IMG/VR virus record: IMGVR_UViG_3300033066_001827
Location: 2,469 to 66,468 of that record
Direction: 5' to 3' (one strand)
Source of the DNA: a virus
Taxonomy: Duplodnaviria; Caudoviricetes
Length of the DNA stretch: 64,000 nucleotides
The notes under the pieces are model-generated. The model saw only the letters and a list, made by a program, of their open reading frames with translations, searched no databases and had not been told where the DNA came from. Shown here piece after piece: positions 57,313 through 64,000 of this stretch (within the stretch, counting starts at the first letter, position 1; every line of letters begins with the position of its first letter). Both the position numbers and the translations under genes were made by a program.

Positions 57313-59814
57313 ATGGCTCAGCCTGTTACGAAGTCGGCTCAAGGACCTGCCAACGTGGTAGCAGCCCGGCCACTGGCATCAACGACTCCACCTACTGCAC
57401 CAACGTCCTCATCCCCGAATCTGTGGGATAGTGCAAAAGGCCACGTAAACAGTGCCATTTCTTCAATTAAGCCTGCAATTACACAGTTTGCTGGCAACAT
57501 CGGTGGACAATTCGGGAGGGCGAAGGCGCATTATGGTCTCTCTACTGCTGCAGGACAGAACCCTCTGCAGGCAGGATTAGGAGCCTTCGGTCAGCTCGAT
57601 CCGTCAACCCGAGGAGTAGCCGGCGGTGCTGCTGGTATGCTCGGAGCTGGGCTATTAGCTCCTAAGGGTACACGTAGATGGGCTATGCCGCTTATGACGG
57701 GACTGGGTGCAGCTGCAGCGCATGCGAATGGTCCAGATGGGTTTAAGCTTGAAAACATGCTGAAACCAGAGGCTTTGACTGCCGGCGCCCTCGGTGCTGG
57801 TGCAGGGGCTCTAGGTTCAATGCTATTAGGGGGAGATGATGACGAAGAAGAAGACGGAAAGACTGACCTCCTCGGAAATCCAGTTCGTCGATCCTCTGGT
57901 TCGGGATCTGGAATTGGAACTCTCGGGACGCTGGCCGGTCTCGGAGCGGGAGCGTATGGCCTCTATCGGGCGATGGGAAATGGGCAAGAGCCCGCCAACA
58001 CCGGAGGAGCAGCGACTCAACAACCTGCGGACGGGGCTCAAGGCACAGGACCTACTGGATTGGTGGGAGGAGGAAATGCTGTCGGGAATGGCAATGCCGT
58101 CAACCAACCCCCAGGGCTTCCAGGCGGGGTTCGGCCCGCGCCCCAACAGGCCGCAGCCTCTGGTAATCAACCGGCCGGACCTCCCGGGAACAGCCTGGGC
58201 GTCAATCCGTTGCCCCCTGTCGCTAACAACAGCGTCCCAGCGAGTGGGCAAGGAACAGTGGGACAAGCTACGCCTCCCCTGCCAACAACGCCTCCTGGAA
58301 CAGCTGTTCCCCGAGAGATCGTTGGGCCACCTGCCCCCACAACCTCCCCAGGAGCTATGCCCGGAACCAAGCCTGTCTCTGACGCGATGCGAGGATTTGT
58401 CGATAATCCCGCAGGAGTAAGGACTTACGCCCAGAACCCCAATCTCCTACCCAGTGACAAGCAGAACCTCACTAACCTGGTGAGTTCTTTCCATCACTCA
58501 GAAGTTCCCGGGCTGAATACCACTGGTTTTCCGAGGCTTTCTGACATTTACCGCCAGGCGTACTCCAATAACGATCCGGCATTGTTCGAGAAGGCCAAGA
58601 ACTACCAGGCTGCGTTGGACTCGGCCAGACAGGCTGCTGGTGCACCAGACTGGGCAAGCCTAAATCGATTGGAGTCTCTGCGGGAAGACCCGACCACAGG
58701 GGTGGCTACACCAGCCATGAAAGGCCTACATGCCCTCGGAGCGTTTGGGTTCCAAGACCTGGACGGACTGGCGAATGCTGCAGCCCAGGGCGATCCTCGG
58801 GCCATTCAAGCACTGCAGGTTGCCGGGCCGGAGTTCCGTCAACAGCTCCAAACAAGCCTCACTTCTGGTGGTTACCACAAATTTAGGCCTTTAGGAGCAA
58901 CTGAAGACAGCCACCTACCCGCGATCGCCTCGAATCCGCGGGCCGCGGCGCTGGGCGGCGCCTTGCAACACGCCAACCTGGCTAATCCCCTTGCACCTGC
59001 CCCATACGATCCCAAGGCTATGCTGGGAGGTGTGGATGCAATACGAAACTTACCGCCTGAACAGAAAGCACAGCTTCTGCAGGATATCGGTGGTGAGGGG
59101 TTCGGGGAGCGCTTTTCCTCATTTTCACCCGAGGAGCGGCAGGCTGTAGCTCGCAACCTGGCGGGCGCGCTCTCCAGGCAGGCCTATGGGAAGCTCCACC
59201 TCAACGCAGAGGCTGGAACTGACAACCTGGGCCAATACATGCCTACGAAGCTCCCGGGCTACCTGGATGAGCAGGCACAGAAGGCTGTGGCTGCCGCCGG
59301 TGGGGTTGAGGGATTCAAGCCTTTATCCATGGATGCCTGGCGAACACTCTCGAAAAGAGGCATAAACCCAGGCCATCTAGGGCCTTACGACCAATCAGGT
59401 CAGGTTTGGTCGCCTAAGGGGCTCTTGGCCGGCGGTCAGGTCGATCCTGCTGATATGGTGCTGAATCAAGGTAAGAACGTGGATGCCAAGCACCTGGCTG
59501 ACTGGCAGAAAGTACTCACCGGTCATGCTACGGGCGCGAATAAGCTCTCTCCGGAGCAGCTTGGTGCCCTCGGTGTGCAGATGCAGCACCTGGTGGAAGC
59601 CCGGCCCGATCTCTACGACTCGCTGGAGAAGGGGCTGAAACAGCAGTACCCCGAGGAAGATTGGCGACTTTCCGACTGGTGGAATGACAAGCAACTAGAC
59701 CAGACTGGTCGCAGGGTGGATGCTACTGGGGCAATTTTGCCGCCGAAGTCGTTTGTTAATCCCCAGGGTGCACGGGTCTTTGGCTCGACTTACAGCCCGA
59801 CATTCTACAACTAG
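57313..59814 (+). CDS. Large Gly/Ala/Pro-rich putative internal virion/ejection protein
   Basis: 833 aa; several GxxxG-rich hydrophobic segments and a long low-complexity Pro/Gly linker. Confidence 0.55.
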   Translation: MAQPVTKSAQGPANVVAARPLASTTPPTAPTSSSPNLWDSAKGHVNSAISSIKPAITQFAGNIGGQFGRAKAHYGLSTAAGQNPLQAGLGAFGQLDPSTRGVAGGAAGMLGAGLLAPKGTRRWAMPLMTGLGAAAAHANGPDGFKLENMLKPEALTAGALGAGAGALGSMLLGGDDDEEEDGKTDLLGNPVRRSSGSGSGIGTLGTLAGLGAGAYGLYRAMGNGQEPANTGGAATQQPADGAQGTGPTGLVGGGNAVGNGNAVNQPPGLPGGVRPAPQQAAASGNQPAGPPGNSLGVNPLPPVANNSVPASGQGTVGQATPPLPTTPPGTAVPREIVGPPAPTTSPGAMPGTKPVSDAMRGFVDNPAGVRTYAQNPNLLPSDKQNLTNLVSSFHHSEVPGLNTTGFPRLSDIYRQAYSNNDPALFEKAKNYQAALDSARQAAGAPDWASLNRLESLREDPTTGVATPAMKGLHALGAFGFQDLDGLANAAAQGDPRAIQALQVAGPEFRQQLQTSLTSGGYHKFRPLGATEDSHLPAIASNPRAAALGGALQHANLANPLAPAPYDPKAMLGGVDAIRNLPPEQKAQLLQDIGGEGFGERFSSFSPEERQAVARNLAGALSRQAYGKLHLNAEAGTDNLGQYMPTKLPGYLDEQAQKAVAAAGGVEGFKPLSMDAWRTLSKRGINPGHLGPYDQSGQVWSPKGLLAGGQVDPADMVLNQGKNVDAKHLADWQKVLTGHATGANKLSPEQLGALGVQMQHLVEARPDLYDSLEKGLKQQYPEEDWRLSDWWNDKQLDQTGRRVDATGAILPPKSFVNPQGARVFGSTYSPTFYN

Positions 59815-59824
59815 GAGCAATTCA

Positions 59825-60289
59825 ATGGTGGCAGAGCAGATGCAATGGTGGCACAAGTTTATCGAAGACTTCCCTTTCATGCGGAACAAGATCAAGATCG
59901 AAGCTTTTCCCTCGCACGGGGCTGAGGGCGGCACTTACTACGTGCTTACGGTAACAGACCCTAATTGCTCGCTGACCTTCCTCGCCGGGGTATTTGGCTT
60001 GGGTGCCGACGACAGGTATGCTCACTGGCCGAGCCAAGTGCGAGTCCGCAAAATGACGATGTTCCATAGCAAGACGTGGAAGCATCCGGCGATGTACTGT
60101 GAAGGCTGGGAGATCAGCCCTGCTAGTCTCAATGCAACCCAAACTACCGCTAGGTTTTTTGAGACGACCCACGTGGTATTGGATGATGGGCGACTGATGA
60201 TGCACCCCTCGCCTGAGTTCAACCTGCAAGTTGCTATCGAGCATGACCTGGCAAGCGATACAGCTAAGGTTGAGGTTTCTGCTGTGTAA
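59825..60289 (+). CDS. Hypothetical protein
   Basis: AGGAG RBS before ATG 59825. Confidence 0.6.
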   Translation: MVAEQMQWWHKFIEDFPFMRNKIKIEAFPSHGAEGGTYYVLTVTDPNCSLTFLAGVFGLGADDRYAHWPSQVRVRKMTMFHSKTWKHPAMYCEGWEISPASLNATQTTARFFETTHVVLDDGRLMMHPSPEFNLQVAIEHDLASDTAKVEVSAV

Positions 60290-60298
60290 GGAGTTTTT

Positions 60299-60385
60299 AT
60301 GGCCCGCGAGCAAGAACCATGGTGGGTATGGCTGGTTGTACTGGCCATCATCTTAATGTTTGTCCTGTGGATTAAGCCTTACTAG
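60299..60385 (+). CDS. 28-aa single-pass membrane peptide
   Basis: AAGGAG RBS; MAREQEPWWVWLVVLAIILMFVLWIKPY; below the ORF-track cutoff. Confidence 0.55.
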   Translation: MAREQEPWWVWLVVLAIILMFVLWIKPY

Positions 60386-60388
60386 CGT

Positions 60389-60431
60389 TTACGCAAAAAC
60401 GTGTCTATTATTAATGTCACTTTTTGCGTAA
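60389..60431. promoter_or_regulatory. Inverted repeat overlapping the RBS of the next gene
   Basis: TTACGCAAAAA...TTTTTGCGTAA around an AT-rich core; the 3' arm runs into AAGGAG. Confidence 0.5.
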
Positions 60432-60443
60432 GGAGTCTCAGCA

Positions 60444-60722
60444 ATGACCACTACAAAGCATTCAGGAACAACTGTTGTCGAAGCCAAGCCTAGATTACAC
60501 ACTCCGCAAGAGCACCTGGATTATTGCCAAAACCTCGTCAATGGCATCGAAAGTATGTTACAGGTGACCCGGGGTATGATTGCCAAAGGTTGGACAAACT
60601 ATGAGAATGCCTCGGATGGCCAGAATCTGCGGGAACGAGAGCGCGCCTTACTGAGATCGCTGTCAAACCGCAGTAGGTATCTGGAAGAAGCAAAAGCCAA
60701 GATGGCTGCGTTGAAGTCCTAA
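60444..60722 (+). CDS. Hypothetical coiled-coil protein
   Basis: 92 aa, AAGGAG RBS. Confidence 0.6.
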   Translation: MTTTKHSGTTVVEAKPRLHTPQEHLDYCQNLVNGIESMLQVTRGMIAKGWTNYENASDGQNLRERERALLRSLSNRSRYLEEAKAKMAALKS

Positions 60723-60898
60723 GTAAGGAGTTCTTCTCATGTACTACAGCAGGGTTAACCCGCACTCCTACCGAGGCTGCACTTTTTGCTTCATGAAGGG
60801 TGCATTTCTCACTGTCGGTCTGATGTTGTATCTTGCTACAATGGTTTGGGCCTGGTGGCAGCCATCTAAGCCAACCACCGGAATACCAGGAGATTCCC

Positions 60899-61432
60899 AT
60901 GATCCGTCGTAACTTCCTCACTGCTGCGATCACTGCCCTCACCGGCGCGATTACTGGTTTCTTTGGCTGGTTTTCTCCGGCCAAGGCTGCGATTGCTCCC
61001 AAGGCTGAGCCTTCGACAGGTTTTTGCCGGTCGATGGACCAGGGGCTGTTGGTGATACATGACTCTGCTGACATATATGTAGCGCGGTTCACTCAAGTGC
61101 TGCTGACTGGGCGTGGCGAACCTGTGCAACAACGACAACAAGTCACAGGGAGCATCGAAACACTGATATTCTCCAGCAAGGAAGAATGCCAGCGGGTTTT
61201 TGCGATTTTGGGTGATGCCACCAAGTGTGCTAAGGCTAAGCTGGATTTCTTCTTTGAAGTCGAGCCGGACGCAAATGGCAGGTGCGGCTTGCGCGTCACG
61301 GTCGGATGTCCCTTACTGACTTCGTTTGGTTCTTCTCTTGTGAAGGACGGAGTGGTATTTGTTCATAACTTGCCTTTTATGGGTGTTGGGCTCACGATTC
61401 GGCAATCACAGCTCCACTCTCAGCTGATTTAA
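60899..61432 (+). CDS. Protein with a twin-arginine (Tat)-like signal peptide
   Basis: AGGAG RBS; MIRRNFL, hydrophobic stretch, AKA cleavage-like site. Confidence 0.6.
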   Translation: MIRRNFLTAAITALTGAITGFFGWFSPAKAAIAPKAEPSTGFCRSMDQGLLVIHDSADIYVARFTQVLLTGRGEPVQQRQQVTGSIETLIFSSKEECQRVFAILGDATKCAKAKLDFFFEVEPDANGRCGLRVTVGCPLLTSFGSSLVKDGVVFVHNLPFMGVGLTIRQSQLHSQLI

Positions 61433-61439
61433 CAAGACC

Positions 61440-61728
61440 AAATGCTGACTACTGTCATAGGTCGTTATGGCGATTTATGACCGGAACTATGGACAGATAG
61501 TTCTGAGCGGCCAACTCTGACCCTCGGTACGACTGCCAGGGCTCTTAAACAGGCAGTCTTGAGTTTACCGCACACTCCGGTGAGCTCTATGGCCAAGTAG
61601 TAGATGTGCTGCCGAGTCTAGGGAGCTTTTGCCCGGTTACATTATGGGATGCGCCACACAGCATTGCTCCATCGGTGGAAGTGTGGATTTAACGACAGCA
61701 TACCTCTCCAGGTGTGCTGTTTTCTTTT
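61440..61728 (+). ncRNA. Candidate structured ncRNA or leader ending in an intrinsic terminator
   Basis: Gap of about 310 nt with at least five hairpins and the terminator ACAGCATACC/GGTGTGCTGT-TTTCTTTT. Confidence 0.4.
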
Positions 61729-61743
61729 CCAGGGGAGTTAGTC

Positions 61744-62490
61744 ATGCGACTGGTTATCTATTTAGAGTTGAACGATCAACCTACAGAAGACTCCAAATGG
61801 TTGGCTTATCCTTCACACGATCTGAAGGTAGTGCCCTTCAAGGTCTTCTGCGGTCCGACACCGGATCACGCTATCGGTAGGATGGTGACGTCGGACTGGA
61901 TGACTGATGTGTTCAAGAAGCATGGAGCCATCAAATTCGATGTTATCTGGGAAGATCAACGCCCACCTGAACAACCAGAAGCGACGGTAAAAAGAACGGT
62001 CAAATCGGAGTTCCCGGATTGGCCCGAACGCCTGCCTGCTGTCCCTTGCTACGAAGACAGCTCCTGGCACAATGATGTGTGTCCCACCATGGAGAGCGAA
62101 GGCCTGAAGACGCCTGTCAAGCTGTGGTTCGGCCATCCTGAACTAAGTAAACGAGAAAGCGACGGGCTGCAGTACTTCATCACACGAGGAGACGAGACTC
62201 TGCTCACTACCAGTGATCTGCAGGTTATGCTCCGCAATGCTGAGTATTTCCTCAGGTTCTTCACGTGGGTTGAGTCTGGCCGGGATGTAACCGACATAGG
62301 CAGTGCGATCAGAGATGACGCGCTGAAAGGCCTCGACGGGCGAGTCTATGGCGGTTACTGGATTGCCAGGCTGGGTAATGGCTCCTGGTGGACTCAGATA
62401 GGCAGGGATGAACCGTCTTCCACCAAGCTGCGAGAGATCGAGGCCATACTTTACCGATTCGTGGAGAAAGAACGATCTCACGACAATTAA
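61744..62490 (+). CDS. Hypothetical composite accessory protein
   Basis: GGGGAG RBS; contains a DSSWHNDVCP motif. Confidence 0.6.
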   Translation: MRLVIYLELNDQPTEDSKWLAYPSHDLKVVPFKVFCGPTPDHAIGRMVTSDWMTDVFKKHGAIKFDVIWEDQRPPEQPEATVKRTVKSEFPDWPERLPAVPCYEDSSWHNDVCPTMESEGLKTPVKLWFGHPELSKRESDGLQYFITRGDETLLTTSDLQVMLRNAEYFLRFFTWVESGRDVTDIGSAIRDDALKGLDGRVYGGYWIARLGNGSWWTQIGRDEPSSTKLREIEAILYRFVEKERSHDN

Positions 62491-62542
62491 AGCAACCAGT
62501 ACACTGATTGGGGTTTGTTAACCACACAAGGAGCACGACACG

Positions 62543-62797
62543 ATGAGTCTTTCAGAGGCAGTTGAAGAGTCACCCAGGCTCAGCAAGTTGACGGTAGATG
62601 TCTTGCCCACAGCTACTGGTTATCGAATCACTGTCCCTGGTCTGTTGTTTGAAGAGGGCGTAACCCCGGGCCATTGCCGAGCGTCTGTTGGCCGGTTGAA
62701 GGCTGTGGAGCTCCTTTTGGCTACTATTGATGCCTTACAAGGAACAAGCCATTTGACTGGACCGGTAGATGCTGACACGATCATCAGCCGAAGCTGA
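62543..62797 (+). CDS. Hypothetical protein
   Basis: AAGGAG RBS, 84 aa. Confidence 0.55.
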   Translation: MSLSEAVEESPRLSKLTVDVLPTATGYRITVPGLLFEEGVTPGHCRASVGRLKAVELLLATIDALQGTSHLTGPVDADTIISRS

Positions 62798-62809
62798 GGA
62801 GTATCAAGC

Positions 62810-63022
62810 ATGAAAATTGCCAAGTGCTACGGGTGTGAGCAGGAGAAGCTATGTGGTGATATGTGGCTATATCCACCAGGTAGCGAGACTCGCCATCTGA
62901 AGTATGTTTGTGAGGATTGCTGGGAAAAGCTTATTTCCACCCTCGGGACTGGAAAAACTAAAGCTGATGGTTACGCAGGTGGCGGTTATCGAGTAATCCG
63001 TGATTCAAAAAGTCTCTCTTAG
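62810..63022 (+). CDS. Small zinc-finger protein
   Basis: CYGC...C and CEDC; GAGGAG RBS. Confidence 0.6.
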   Translation: MKIAKCYGCEQEKLCGDMWLYPPGSETRHLKYVCEDCWEKLISTLGTGKTKADGYAGGGYRVIRDSKSLS

Positions 63023-63055
63023 GAGTTCACGTATCAACTACGACAAAGGAAAATC

Positions 63056-63544
63056 ATGAACACCCCCAAACTGTTTGATAACTTTGAGATCGAGCCTTGT
63101 GTCGGGCTCCCTGGCGGAGGCTATGAAGTCTGCGATCCAGAGGACGCGGATATCTGGACGCTTTACGGCCATCGGGATGGAGAAGGCGTACAGGCTATCG
63201 GTGACTTCGACACCAGAGAAGCTGCTGTAGCCATCTACTTCAGCATCACAGGTCGCCCCTTCAAAGATGACCCGCATTACGATATGCAGACAGTAGCTGC
63301 CATGCGGGTTGGGCTGAAGGCGCTTATCGAGCGTGAGGAAGCTGTCGCCAAGATCCATGCGCGGTTGACCGACATGTCTGCAGCTGTCGATGGTCGCCCA
63401 ACCCCCATGGTCGTAGCGATCTACAAGGTCTTTGGTGTGGATGTCACCATGAGCAGGTACATCGGTTTGGCTGGCGCTGACTCCAGAAACCTTGGTTTGA
63501 TCGCAGAGGAAATCCACAAACTGTTGCAGAAGGAGCCGGCATGA
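63056..63544 (+). CDS. Hypothetical protein
   Basis: AAAGGA RBS; WTLYGH...AIGDF pattern. Confidence 0.6.
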   Translation: MNTPKLFDNFEIEPCVGLPGGGYEVCDPEDADIWTLYGHRDGEGVQAIGDFDTREAAVAIYFSITGRPFKDDPHYDMQTVAAMRVGLKALIEREEAVAKIHARLTDMSAAVDGRPTPMVVAIYKVFGVDVTMSRYIGLAGADSRNLGLIAEEIHKLLQKEPA

Positions 63545-63757
63545 GAGGTTCAATCCTACGGCACAAGAGCAGGCTACGCAGCATTGTGCATCAACACTTC
63601 TATCCGCCGTTTTCCACTATGGTTCTGTTCCCTCTCCTGCCCTTCACCAAAGGCAGGGCTGGGGCAGCTCAGGTCCGGAAGAAGCTAGCAGACCTGCTTT
63701 GGCAGCTGCGACAAACAATCCCCAATCTCACCAAGCTGGTCGACAGAGGTCACTACA

Positions 63758-64000
63758 GTGTCCGCCATTGAGCTTTATACCACTAACTATCCGAGGCATG
63801 AGCCTCAGAAGTACATCTGGTTCGATGCAGCTGTCTACGGCACGACTCTACCTGATGCCGGCAACCTGCCTTCTGCGGTGTTTAACAAGCTCTGTGGCGG
63901 GCAGGTTGTAGGAGGCTACCGACAATATCCCTCCGAAGAGGAAGCTGTGGCAGACTTGCTACAGACTGGCTGTGTCAGGGAAACAACCAAGCCCAAGCCT
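63758..64000 (+). CDS. Hypothetical protein, 3'-truncated by the window
   Basis: Frame open to the window end: VSAIELYTTNYPRHEPQKYIWF...RQYPSEEEAVADL; start uncertain. Confidence 0.45.
   Translation, partial: MSAIELYTTNYPRHEPQKYIWFDAAVYGTTLPDAGNLPSAVFNKLCGGQVVGGYRQYPSEEEAVADLLQTGCVRETTKPKP

Noticed and set aside
61440-61735. Group I intron or hammerhead ribozyme
   Set aside because: Only vague GACTA/TAGT matches; no convincing P7 core or CUGAUGA/GAAA; the flanking ORFs do not look like one split gene
63541-63771. 76-aa ORF as a confident gene
   Set aside because: Atypical composition, overlapped by a better downstream frame and by a hairpin-rich segment
1-64000. CRISPR array, DGR, integrase/transposase, rRNA
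   Set aside because: No regularly spaced repeats, reverse transcriptase, recombinase motifs or rRNA-like sequence seen by eye
1-64000. Stop-codon reassignment
   Set aside because: Core genes are full length in code 11, and TAA, TAG and TGA all end genes with tight overlaps

Overview
The window is a 64-kb slice of a large (probably jumbo) tailed dsDNA phage with a contractile-tail baseplate. It uses the standard genetic code, is densely coded, and contains no rRNA or CRISPR array. 1-20.5 kb (+) is a baseplate/tail-fibre operon: hub-like, gp25-like, baseplate-J and wedge genes, a collagen-repeat fibre and a 1147-aa beta-rich fibre. A sigma-70-type factor is embedded in it, and two glycosyltransferases sit near its end. 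20.5-30.6 kb is a mixed-orientation head/packaging block (portal, GpA-type large terminase, hypotheticals). 30.6-31.0 kb is an AT-rich, hairpin-rich gap followed by a degenerate rolling-circle-Rep-like gene. 32.8-52.3 kb (+) is a replication/recombination operon: SbcD, SbcC, SF2 helicase, DnaB-like helicase, primase, UDG-fused PolA, gp32-like SSB, RecA-like, DEDDh exonuclease and RuvC. 52.3-64 kb holds small accessory genes, Gly/Pro-rich putative virion proteins and several structured non-coding stretches. The most interesting candidate system is a glycosyltransferase with polypeptide-GalNAc-transferase motifs, plus a second GT2, encoded next to putative virion proteins carrying mucin-like TTE[E/D] segments. 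This suggests phage-encoded mucin-type O-glycosylation of the virion. All calls come from visual motif recognition; no database search was run.
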